64,000 nt of DNA from a virus. The translations under genes were made by a program, and so were the position numbers. Within the stretch, counting starts at the first letter, position 1; every line of letters starts with the position of its first letter. This document shows positions 9,662 to 18,324 of this stretch, piece after piece. The stretch is from IMG/VR virus record IMGVR_UViG_3300044511_000202, positions 7,485-71,484 of that record. One strand, 5' to 3'. The notes below the pieces were generated by a model that saw nothing but the letters and a program-made list of their open reading frames with translations, ran no database searches and had not been told where the DNA came from.

Positions 9662-10768
9662 ATGGCTGACTGGTTCGACGGAAACGACGAATCGGGCGAT
9701 AGCCGCTGGTTCGATCGCGACGTACCCGACGTCACGTCGAACAGCTACTACCTCACCGCGAGCGCGGGCGCCGTACCGATCACCGGCACGGCCGCGGGGC
9801 TCAAGGCTTCGAGGAACGTCGTCGCGGGCGCGGGTGACGTACCGATCACCGGCACGGCCGCGGGGCTCAAGGCTTCGAGGAACGTCGTCGCGAGCGCGGG
9901 CGACGTGCCGATCACCGGCACGGTCGCGGGCCTCAAGGCTTCGAGGAACGTCGTCGCGAGCGCGGGCGCCGTGCCGATCACCGGCACGGCCGCGACCCTA
10001 AGCCGCTTCTATCCTCTCACCGCGAGCGCGGGCGCCGTGCCGATCACCGGCACGGTCGCGGGGCTCAAGGCTTCGAGGAACGTCGTCGCGAGCGCGGGCT
10101 CCGTGCCGATCACCGGCACGGCCGCGGGGCTGAGGCGAACGCTCACCCTCACCGCGAGCGCGGGCGCCGTCCCTGTCACGGGCACGGCCGCGGGGCTGAG
10201 GCGAACGCTCACCCTCACCGCGGGCGCGGGCGCCGTGCCGATCACCGGCACGGCCGCGGGGCTCAAGGCTTCGAGGAACGTCGTCGCGAGCGCGGGCGCC
10301 GTGCCGATCACCGGCACCGCGGCGGGGCTGAGGCGATCGCTCACCCTCACCGCGAGCGCGGGCGCCGTGTCGGTCACCGGCACGGCCGCAACCCTGAGCC
10401 GCTCCTACGCGCTCGTCGCATCTGCGGGCGCCGTCCCGATCGCGGGCACGGCCGCGGGACTCAGGACTTCGAGGAGCCTCGCCGCGCTGGCGGGCGCGGC
10501 GGGGATCTCGGGAACAGCCGCGACTCTAAGCCGCTTCTACCCCCTCACCGCGAGCGCGGGCGCCGTCCCGATCGCCGGCACCGCGGCGGGGCTGCTGTAC
10601 ACACCGTCCGCACCCGAGAACGTGGTGGCGTGGAGCGTGGAGCGTGGACCGCTCGTGCAGGCTCCGCCGAACCCCTCCGTGAGCATCGGGTGGAAGGCAG
10701 AGCGCGGCCCCGCTACTCCAGCTCCACCGGCCGGTACTCCAGTCCAAATCAGCTGGAGGACGCCGTAG
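9662..10768 (+). CDS. Repeat-built fibre/whisker protein
   Basis: 13 tandem 22-aa units of the type xxASAGAVPITGTAAGLxxxxx. Confidence 0.7.
   Translation: MADWFDGNDESGDSRWFDRDVPDVTSNSYYLTASAGAVPITGTAAGLKASRNVVAGAGDVPITGTAAGLKASRNVVASAGDVPITGTVAGLKASRNVVASAGAVPITGTAATLSRFYPLTASAGAVPITGTVAGLKASRNVVASAGSVPITGTAAGLRRTLTLTASAGAVPVTGTAAGLRRTLTLTAGAGAVPITGTAAGLKASRNVVASAGAVPITGTAAGLRRSLTLTASAGAVSVTGTAATLSRSYALVASAGAVPIAGTAAGLRTSRSLAALAGAAGISGTAATLSRFYPLTASAGAVPIAGTAAGLLYTPSAPENVVAWSVERGPLVQAPPNPSVSIGWKAERGPATPAPPAGTPVQISWRTP
9752..10605 (+). repeat. Coding tandem repeat, about 13 x 66 bp
   Basis: Near-identical 66-bp period (e.g. 9775 versus 9841). Confidence 0.9.
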
Positions 10769-10789
10769 GGGCGTCTCCCGGTACCCACC

Positions 10790-10798
10790 TGCTACACT
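10790..10798 (+). promoter_or_regulatory. Extended -10 motif TGC TACACT upstream of the sheath gene
   Basis: Recurrent intergenic motif. Confidence 0.5.
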
Positions 10799-10817
10799 TA
10801 CGACGGAGGGCGCAAGC

Positions 10818-12458
10818 ATGGCCACGATCCCCGATATCACTGTAAACGTGCGACTCAACAACACCGGCGTCCCCGGAGCCGGCTTCGGCCTCCCGCTGGT
10901 GATCGACTACAGCGCCACGCTCGGCGGCGACCGCATCCGCTACTACCGCAGCGTCGGTGAGGCCCTCGACGACGGCCACGCCGATGACGGGGCGACGATC
11001 GCGCTCCTCTCCGCGATCTTCAACCAAGAGGTGCACCCCGTGAGGGTGGCCGTCGGTCGCGGCCTGCTCCCGCCCACCCAGCGCTACGCCGTGAACGTGG
11101 AGCGCGTCGTCGCAAACTACACCTACCGCCTGAACGTGTTCGGCGAGGGGTTCGCCGAGACCGACATCGCGGTCACGACGACGAGCGGCGATCTCACGTT
11201 CGTGGACGGTGACGTGACGGTGGGCACCGACACCATCGCAGAAGCCGCGCACGGCATGGTGACGGGAGCCGGGCCCTTCCGCGTCTCCAACGCGGGCGGC
11301 GCCCTCCCCGCCGGTCTGGCCGCGGACACGGACTACTGGATCATCGCCCCGACGACAGGTACCTACAAGCTCGCCAGCTCTCGCGCGAACGCGCTCGCGC
11401 TCACCCCCGTGGACATCACGGCGGCGGCCGGCGGCGGCACCCACACGCTCCGGCGCGTGCAGAACGACGTGATCGTGGCCCAGCTCGTCCAGGCCCTGAA
11501 CGACGTGGTGGCGAACACGTACACCGCGGCGCAGGTTGTTGGCGCGGGCGAGACCGACACGCTCACCGTCACCGCGGACGCGGCCGGCGCGTGGTTCTCG
11601 CTGGCGGTTCCAACCGCCTCGATCAAGGATCTCGGCATCCAGCAGAACCACGCCGACCCCGGCGTGGCCACGGATCTCGCCGAGCTGATGGACGCCGACG
11701 GCGACTGGTACGCGTTCGTTCACCCGATGAACTCGAAGGCCGTGGTGCTCGCCGCGGCGGCGTGGGCCGAGGCGAACGCGCGCATCTACTACGCGGACAG
11801 CAACGATACCGACTCGATCACCACGACGTTCTCCACCGGCGTCTCCACGGACACGCTCGCCGCGATCAAGGATCTGGGGTACCGGCGCACCCTGCTCCAG
11901 TACCACCACATCCCGGGCCAGGCGATCGGCGCTGCCCTCGCGGGGTACCTGGTGCCGCTGCGCCCGGGTCGCTGGACGGCGAAGTACAAGACGCTCGTGG
12001 GTATCTCGCCCACGGTGCTCACGACGACGCACCTCACGAACCTGGAGGCGCGTCGAGGCAACGCCTACGTGACGCGAGCGGGGCGCAACATCACGATCAA
12101 CGGCCAGGTGGCGAACACCACGTGGCTCTTCCTCGACAACGTGGTCCGCGTGGACTGGCTGGTGGACGACCTGTCGCGTACGCTCTTCGGCGTACTCTCG
12201 GGGAACGACATCGTGTCCATGACGGACGACGACATCCAGGGCAAGCTCGCGGGCGGCGCGCGCGGCACGCTCGCTCGAGCCATCGCTCCCAACCGCACCG
12301 TGTTCCGCAACGACCCCGAGCCCACCGCGAGCTTCCCGACGCTCGCCGAGATCGACGACGCCGACCAGGCCGCGCGCCAGGTGACCGGCGTCGTAATCTC
12401 CGGCGAGCTGGCCGGCGCGGTTCACGGCATCACCGTGGACGTCGTGGCGACGTTCTAG
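10818..12458 (+). CDS. Contractile tail sheath protein (DUF3383 family)
   Basis: GFGLPL, DWYAF, AAWAEAN, TAKYKTLVGI, FLDNVVRVDWL and LAGAVH motifs. Confidence 0.9.
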   Translation: MATIPDITVNVRLNNTGVPGAGFGLPLVIDYSATLGGDRIRYYRSVGEALDDGHADDGATIALLSAIFNQEVHPVRVAVGRGLLPPTQRYAVNVERVVANYTYRLNVFGEGFAETDIAVTTTSGDLTFVDGDVTVGTDTIAEAAHGMVTGAGPFRVSNAGGALPAGLAADTDYWIIAPTTGTYKLASSRANALALTPVDITAAAGGGTHTLRRVQNDVIVAQLVQALNDVVANTYTAAQVVGAGETDTLTVTADAAGAWFSLAVPTASIKDLGIQQNHADPGVATDLAELMDADGDWYAFVHPMNSKAVVLAAAAWAEANARIYYADSNDTDSITTTFSTGVSTDTLAAIKDLGYRRTLLQYHHIPGQAIGAALAGYLVPLRPGRWTAKYKTLVGISPTVLTTTHLTNLEARRGNAYVTRAGRNITINGQVANTTWLFLDNVVRVDWLVDDLSRTLFGVLSGNDIVSMTDDDIQGKLAGGARGTLARAIAPNRTVFRNDPEPTASFPTLAEIDDADQAARQVTGVVISGELAGAVHGITVDVVATF

Positions 12459-12467
12459 GAGGACCCC

Positions 12468-12905
12468 ATGGCCAACAAGACACCGTACAACGTCAAGAAG
12501 ATCATGTGCACGTGGGGCCCCCACACGATGGAGGGGTGGTTCGACGGCACGTTCCTGGAGGTGGAGGCCGACGAGGACGGCACCGTCAAGCACGTGGGCG
12601 CCGACGGGCGCGCCACCGTCGCCCTCTCGTGCAACAAGGGCGCGCAGATCACCATCACGCTCGCCCAGTCCAGCGCCAGCAACGACTTCCTGTCGGACAA
12701 CATGCCCGACTCGGACAAGAACTCGCTCCCGTGCTACGAGTTCCAGGCAAAGGACCTGAACGGCAACTCCGTGGTCCACGCCGAGGTGTGCTGGATCAAG
12801 AAGGTGGCGAAGGTGGAGTACGGCGAGGAGGTGCTGGCGCGCAAGTGGATGCTGGACACCGAGCGCTGCAAGTTCGTCATCAAGGGTGAGGCGGTGGCCG
12901 CGTGA
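12468..12905 (+). CDS. Tail tube protein (DUF3277-like)
   Basis: VGADG, ITITLAQSSASNDFL, KDLNG and CWIKK patterns; directly follows the sheath gene. Confidence 0.85.
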   Translation: MANKTPYNVKKIMCTWGPHTMEGWFDGTFLEVEADEDGTVKHVGADGRATVALSCNKGAQITITLAQSSASNDFLSDNMPDSDKNSLPCYEFQAKDLNGNSVVHAEVCWIKKVAKVEYGEEVLARKWMLDTERCKFVIKGEAVAA

Positions 12906-13309
12906 GCGGCGATCACAAGGAGCGCGTGATCGCGGGGGTGAAGGTCATCACGAAGCCCTTCGACGCGATGACGGCCTTCGAGCTGGGGCCCGAGGCGGCC
13001 CTCGTGATGACGCCCCTCCTCTCCCGCCTCAAGGACGGGCTCCAGCCGTCGGACGATCTCGCCGAGCTGGGTCCCGCCATCATGGGCATGGCGTCGCAGC
13101 TCACGGGCGGGAAGCTCCGCGCGCTCGCACCGAAGCTCCTCGCGCGCACCCAGGTGGTGGTCAACAACGAGCTGGTACCGCTCGTCGACGAGGCCGCGAT
13201 CAACAAGGCGTTTTCCGGCGAGCGAGCCGGGGCGCTCTTCGGCGCGCTCGTGTTCGCGGCGGAGGTGTCATTCGGCGCGTTTTTCGCCGGAAGCGTCCCC
13301 CGCGGGTAG
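12902..13309 (+). CDS. Tail assembly chaperone (G-like)
   Basis: Lies between tube and tape measure genes; ends ...SFGAFFAG. Confidence 0.75.
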   Translation: MSGDHKERVIAGVKVITKPFDAMTAFELGPEAALVMTPLLSRLKDGLQPSDDLAELGPAIMGMASQLTGGKLRALAPKLLARTQVVVNNELVPLVDEAAINKAFSGERAGALFGALVFAAEVSFGAFFAGSVPRG

Positions 13310-13512
13310 TCGATCCGGACTGCCTGGACGCGCCCCTCAAGAACCTACAGCCGGAGCACGTGCGGGCGTGGCCGGCGTGGCGCCTCGTGCTCGAGGGCCA
13401 TGAGAAGCTCGGCGACGTCAAGCGGATGACGCTCGACGAGGTGGATCTCTACAACCTCGGCCTGGACTCGATGGAGGCCGCTCGCAAGGAGGCCCGATGG
13501 CGGAAAACGTAG
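13279..13512 (+). other. Probable -1 frameshift extension of the tail chaperone (GT-like)
   Basis: G TTT TTC at 13279-13285 with GGAGG at 13261-13265. The -1 frame stays open to 13512 (WPAWRLVLEG...MTLDEVDLYNLGLD). Confidence 0.6.
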
Positions 13513-15080
13513 CGGACTTCGCGGCCCGCCTCGGGCTCGACATCTCCGAGAAGGAGTGGCAGCGCGGTTTCGCCTGGACGCAGAAGATGGGGCAGAGGCT
13601 CCACCAGATGCGTACCGAGGCGGGCGACGCTGCGGCCCGGGGCATCGACGTCTCCAAGGCCATGGGCCTGATCGGCATCACCGCTCCGAAGGCGGCGACG
13701 GCGAGTTTCAACTGGGCCGGCGCGCTCACCACGGTAGCGAAGGCGGCGGCGGCGGCGGGCGCGGCCATCGGCGGCGCGGCGGCGGCGCTCGCGTACATGG
13801 TGCACGGCACGCTCGAGTCCTTCGGGCGCGTCGACGATCTCCGCCAGATGACGGGTCTCACGAACGAGGAGATCCAGGAGTTCGGCTACGTCGCGGAGCA
13901 CGAGGGCTCCTCGCTCGAAGCGTTCGCGGGTGGCGTCAAGAAGCTCTTCCTCGCCCTCAAGCACGGTGGCGAGGACAGCGAAGAGGCCGTGAAGGCCCTC
14001 CAGTCGGTGGGCATCGCGGGCCAGCGCGTGCAGGACATCATCTCCGGCAAGGAGCCGCTCTCCGAGTCGCTCTTGGATATCGCCACGGCGTTCCAGAGCA
14101 TGGAGGACGGGCCGAAGAAGTCGGCGCTGGCGATGGCGCTCTTCGGTAAGACGGGCGGCGAGCTGATCCCGTTCCTGAACCAGGGGCGCAACGGGGTGCA
14201 GGCGCTCCGCGATCGCGCGCGCGAGCTGGGCCTCGTCATCGAGGAGGACACCGTCGCGGCGGGCGCGAACCTCGGCGACCAGCTGACGGACATCACGAAG
14301 GTGGTGGGCGGTCTGAAGAACCAGCTCATCGCGGCCCTCATCCCGTCAATCCGCCAGGGCGCGGACGCCGTGATGCTCTGGATCCGCGGGAACCGCGAGC
14401 TGCTCCAGCAAAAGGTGCGGGACTTCGCCGAGGCGATCGTCGCCGGGGTCCAGAAGCTCGTGGCGGCGGTGGAGTGGCTGTACGCGAACCGCGAGCTGCT
14501 TACTAAACCGCTCTCCGTGCTCATCGAGTCGGTGGAGGGTGCGGCCAAGATCATCCAGTTCCTGGTGGAGACGATCAACTCCATCAAGAGCGCGGTGGCC
14601 CCGGTGCTCGAGTGGCTCGCCGACAAGTTCGGCTTTGTGGCGGACGCCGTCAACAAGGTGGCGGACGGCATCAACCGGATCACGGGCGGCGGTGGTGATG
14701 GCGAGGACGGCGGTAAGAAGGGGTGGGGTTCGAAGGCCAGGGACGCGGTAGTGGACACGGCCCTGGGGCCGGTCTGGAACGCCGTGCGCGGGAAGAACCC
14801 CCTCAAGTCGGGCATCTTCAACCTGCTCGCGGACGAGACCGGGGCTCCGAAGGGTAACCTGGACTCGATCGACTGGACAGCGGGGCTCGGAGCCGCGACG
14901 CCCACGCTCCCCAGTTCCTCCACGTCCAACGTCACCAACGCGCCGGTGTTCGACGTGACTACGCAGATCGAGGTGCACGCCACCCCGGGCATGTCGGCCG
15001 CTGACGTCGCGGACGCCGTTACGACTCAGTTCGACGAGATGTGGGACGCGAAACTCCGACAGGCGAAGGGAGGAGGGTAG
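13497..15080 (+). CDS. Tape measure protein
   Basis: Ala-rich and helical; AMALFGKTGGELIPFLNQG motif; expected position. Confidence 0.9.
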   Translation: MAENVADFAARLGLDISEKEWQRGFAWTQKMGQRLHQMRTEAGDAAARGIDVSKAMGLIGITAPKAATASFNWAGALTTVAKAAAAAGAAIGGAAAALAYMVHGTLESFGRVDDLRQMTGLTNEEIQEFGYVAEHEGSSLEAFAGGVKKLFLALKHGGEDSEEAVKALQSVGIAGQRVQDIISGKEPLSESLLDIATAFQSMEDGPKKSALAMALFGKTGGELIPFLNQGRNGVQALRDRARELGLVIEEDTVAAGANLGDQLTDITKVVGGLKNQLIAALIPSIRQGADAVMLWIRGNRELLQQKVRDFAEAIVAGVQKLVAAVEWLYANRELLTKPLSVLIESVEGAAKIIQFLVETINSIKSAVAPVLEWLADKFGFVADAVNKVADGINRITGGGGDGEDGGKKGWGSKARDAVVDTALGPVWNAVRGKNPLKSGIFNLLADETGAPKGNLDSIDWTAGLGAATPTLPSSSTSNVTNAPVFDVTTQIEVHATPGMSAADVADAVTTQFDEMWDAKLRQAKGGG

Positions 15081-15082
15081 TC

Positions 15083-15973
15083 GTGGCTTTCAAGCTGGTG
15101 CTGGTGGACGAGTTCCCGATCGACTGCGCGATCTCCGAGTCGCACGAGATTGAGAACGAGGTAACGTCGTTCCCCGTGGAGACGGGCGGCATGATCTCGG
15201 ACCACGTGATCTCTAAGAACAAGAAGCTGGTTCTGGAGGGGGTGGTCTCCGACACGCCCGTGGGCGACATGGTGGGCGTGCGCGAGTCGCTGCTCACGCT
15301 CGGCGATCAGCTCGCCACCGGCGTCGACGAGACGGCGGCGCTCCCCAGCCGGAAGGCCCTCGACAAGCTCGAGGAGCTGGACCGCACCAAGCGCGCCGTG
15401 ACGGTGGTGTCGACGTTGAAGGAGTACCGCAACATGGTGCTGGAGCGCCTGTCGGTACCCGTGTCCTCCGACAAGTCGGGCGGGCTCTTCTTCACGGCCA
15501 CGTTCGTGCAAGTCACGTTCAAGCAGATCGCGCGCACGAAGGTAGCTGCACCGGCGGCGATGAGCGGGGCGGGCCTCGGTGACCGAACGAAGAAGGACGC
15601 GAGCATCCGCGGCATCCGGTGCGTGAAGCGCAACCCGAACACCGGGGAGTGCGAGTTGTCGGAGGCCGTGTCGAAGAAGTCGGGCGAGGGGAAGTGGCGG
15701 CACCCGAACGGTCAACCCCTCACGGACCAGGAACACCAGGACTGGAGCAACGACATCCAGGCCACCCAGAAGAACAAGGCCACGTACGACAAGGCCCAGG
15801 GCACGTGGGTGGACGACAAGACGAAGAAGCCGATCTCCAAGTACCCCGGTCGCGCCTACTTCCCGGAGAACTCCTCGAACAGCGGGAGCCCGTCGAGCCC
15901 GATCCAGAAAGGCAAGATGACCCAGGCTCCCTGGGAACGCCACCCGGACCACCTCCAGAGGGGGATCGAGTAG
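15083..15973 (+). CDS. Baseplate tube-initiator (Dit-like) protein
   Basis: DCAISESH....VTSFPVETG..ISDH motif; GTG after GGAGG. Confidence 0.8.
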   Translation: MAFKLVLVDEFPIDCAISESHEIENEVTSFPVETGGMISDHVISKNKKLVLEGVVSDTPVGDMVGVRESLLTLGDQLATGVDETAALPSRKALDKLEELDRTKRAVTVVSTLKEYRNMVLERLSVPVSSDKSGGLFFTATFVQVTFKQIARTKVAAPAAMSGAGLGDRTKKDASIRGIRCVKRNPNTGECELSEAVSKKSGEGKWRHPNGQPLTDQEHQDWSNDIQATQKNKATYDKAQGTWVDDKTKKPISKYPGRAYFPENSSNSGSPSSPIQKGKMTQAPWERHPDHLQRGIE

Positions 15974-15974
15974 C

Positions 15975-16343
15975 ATGCAGGAGATCGCGTTCGCCCCGTC
16001 GCTGGGTAACTACGACTTCTACACCACGCTGGGCCAGACGCCCGTCAAGCTGGTGGTGCACTGGAACGCCGAGGACAACGACGGCGAGGGCGCCTGGTAC
16101 TTCGACATGTACGAGGTGGACGGCGCCACCCCGATCGCCAGCGGGCTCAAGATCACCATCGGCTCGTTCATCGGGCGCGCGTGCGAGCACGCCATCTTCT
16201 CGCGCGGCGCCATCCTCGCGCGCGACTACTCGCTCCAGGATCTGGACCCGGGGTTCGACGACATCGGGCCCGGACAGCGCGTCCGCGTGTTCTACCTGAG
16301 CGCGGACGAGCTGGTGCTCGGCACGGACCTGGAGGGTGCGTAG
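15975..16343 (+). CDS. Baseplate plug-like protein
   Basis: F...LG......HWN.....WYFD pattern; synteny. Confidence 0.7.
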   Translation: MQEIAFAPSLGNYDFYTTLGQTPVKLVVHWNAEDNDGEGAWYFDMYEVDGATPIASGLKITIGSFIGRACEHAIFSRGAILARDYSLQDLDPGFDDIGPGQRVRVFYLSADELVLGTDLEGA

Positions 16344-17270
16344 GTGCGGGCGCCCGACCGATCGCAGCGCGTGGCTCGGCTCACTGTACAGCGCATGCTG
16401 GCGGACGCCGACTTCGACAAGGCACACCCGGGGTACTTCTCGTCGGTGGACACTGGGATCGTGATCGAGTGCGGCGGTACGTCGGGGATGCGCTTGCGCG
16501 CGAAGCTCACGCGCAAGCTGGAGAAGGACCCCCACACCTGCGACGTCACCCTGACGAACCTCGCCGAGCCCACGCGCAAGCTGTTCGCCCAGCACCCCCT
16601 GTTCGCCCGGCTGGAGGTAGGGTGGGACTACGGCCAGGGTCCCGAGCTGCGAACCATCTTCTCGGGTGACGTGAAGTGGGCCGACTCGAACATCCGAGGC
16701 ACGGACTGGGAGACGCTCGTGCAGCTGGCGGACGGCGCGCGAGCCTACGAGCGCGCGCGCGTCTCGAAAACGTTCGGCGCGGGTACCAAGGCGCGAGACC
16801 TGGTCGCCTACGCCGCGGGGCAGATGGGGCTCGCCATCCCAGCGAACCTCGCGAAGGACCCGCGCCTCGACACCCCGTACAACAGCGCCACGACGTCGTA
16901 CGGGTGGAGCCGCGACGAGCTTACCAAGGTGTTGAACCAGTTCGGCTACAGCTGGACGATCGCCGACGGCCAGCTCGTGGCGCTACGCGACGACGAGCTG
17001 AGGCTGGACCAGGCCCACCTGGTATCGGCGGCGGTAGGTATGATCGGCTCCCCGGAGTTCGGGCCTCCGCCGAAGGAGGGAAAGAAGAGGAAGGCCGTGT
17101 CCCCGACGCTGAAGATCAAGATGCTCCTCCGTCCCGAGATCCGACCGGGCCAGCGCCTGAAGGTGGAGAGCCGCAACGCAAACGGCACCTACCGCGCCGA
17201 GGAGGTGCAGCACGAGCTGGACACCGGCGGGGCCCCCTGGACCACCGAAGTGGAGTGCAAGACCGTATAA
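16344..17270 (+). CDS. Baseplate hub protein
   Basis: P.TC.VT.TNL, IFSGDV, WTIADGQL, GMIGSPE and LL.PEIRPG motifs. Confidence 0.8.
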   Translation: MRAPDRSQRVARLTVQRMLADADFDKAHPGYFSSVDTGIVIECGGTSGMRLRAKLTRKLEKDPHTCDVTLTNLAEPTRKLFAQHPLFARLEVGWDYGQGPELRTIFSGDVKWADSNIRGTDWETLVQLADGARAYERARVSKTFGAGTKARDLVAYAAGQMGLAIPANLAKDPRLDTPYNSATTSYGWSRDELTKVLNQFGYSWTIADGQLVALRDDELRLDQAHLVSAAVGMIGSPEFGPPPKEGKKRKAVSPTLKIKMLLRPEIRPGQRLKVESRNANGTYRAEEVQHELDTGGAPWTTEVECKTV

Positions 17271-17271
17271 T
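17266..17271 (+). promoter_or_regulatory. Perfect -10 TATAAT 6 nt before the spike ATG (leaderless geometry)
   Basis: TATAAT overlaps the hub stop codon; ATG at 17278. Confidence 0.4.
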
Positions 17272-17277
17272 AAGGGC

Positions 17278-17901
17278 ATGTCGGAGACACCTTCCCTCAA
17301 GGAGCTGTTTGGCGACGCCGTCGACGAGGCGCTAGACGGCGTGCTCGGGTGCGCGCCCGGTTACGTGCTGTCGTACGACAAGGCTACCCAGACGTGCGAG
17401 GTGCAGCCGGCGCTCATGCGCGGGCGCGAGGTGGACGGAGAGCGCGTCGTCGAGGCCGTCCCACCCCACAAGGACGTCCCCGTGGTTTTCCCGGGCGCGG
17501 GCGAGGCGTCGCTCACCTTCCCCATCCGTCGGGGTGCCCTCGTGCTCCTGGTCTACTGCTCGGGCTCGCTCGATCGCTGGAAGCACAGCGACGGGAAGGC
17601 CCTCGATCCGGGCGACGACAGGCGACACGACGCGTCGGACGTGTTCGCGATCGCCGGAGTTCGGACGATGAAGCGCCCGCTCCCGGCGTCGGCGGTGTCC
17701 GACAGCGACGTGGTCGTATCGTCCCCGGGCCTCATCATCTGCGGCGGGTCCGAGCCGCTCGTCACGCGCGCGGAGTTTCTCGCCCACGGCCACCCCGTTG
17801 TGGCCACCGGCGCTGTGTCCCCTACCGCGGGGCCCGTCGCTGGTCTGGCGCCCGCGGGCTCCGCAGGGACGTTCCCCGGTACCCAGAAGCTGAGGGGGTA
17901 G
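17278..17901 (+). CDS. Baseplate spike (gp138/gpV family)
   Basis: PG.V.SYD, DVPVVFP, RRHD.SD and a C-terminal HGH. Confidence 0.85.
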   Translation: MSETPSLKELFGDAVDEALDGVLGCAPGYVLSYDKATQTCEVQPALMRGREVDGERVVEAVPPHKDVPVVFPGAGEASLTFPIRRGALVLLVYCSGSLDRWKHSDGKALDPGDDRRHDASDVFAIAGVRTMKRPLPASAVSDSDVVVSSPGLIICGGSEPLVTRAEFLAHGHPVVATGAVSPTAGPVAGLAPAGSAGTFPGTQKLRG

Positions 17902-17904
17902 CGC

Positions 17905-18324
17905 ATGCCTCTCCTGTCCACCGATCCCGTGTGCCTCGCCGTCAACAACGTTACGGGCGAGCTGGAGATCCCCTTCCGATACCTCGTCGGCGCCGACGGG
18001 GTGCGCCAGCGCATCATCACGCTGATCAAGCTCCACGCCGGGGAGTGGTTCCTCGACATGTCCAAGGGGATGACGTGGCTCCCGGGTAACGGGGTGTCGA
18101 AGAGCGAGGCCATCCTGGGTAACGACTTCGACCGCGTGAAGCTCCTCGCTCGGCTGCGGGACGTGATCGCCTCCGTCGACGGGGTCTCGGAGATCCTCAC
18201 CGTGACGGCGGAGGAGAGCGAGCGCCACGTCTCGGTGTCGTTCGAGGTGCGGTGCCAGTTCGATGACACCGTGGACGATCTGGCCGAGGCCCGCACCGCG
18301 GGCACGGCGGAGGTGACAGTATGA
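17905..18324 (+). CDS. Baseplate wedge / sheath initiator (gp25-like)
   Basis: VRQRI...GEWFLD...G..W and I..VDGV.EI motifs. Confidence 0.8.
   Translation: MPLLSTDPVCLAVNNVTGELEIPFRYLVGADGVRQRIITLIKLHAGEWFLDMSKGMTWLPGNGVSKSEAILGNDFDRVKLLARLRDVIASVDGVSEILTVTAEESERHVSVSFEVRCQFDDTVDDLAEARTAGTAEVTV

Noticed and set aside
9752..10605. 66-bp repeats as a CRISPR or DGR template
   Set aside because: They are in-frame coding repeats without spacers. There is no reverse transcriptase and no adenine-specific variation.
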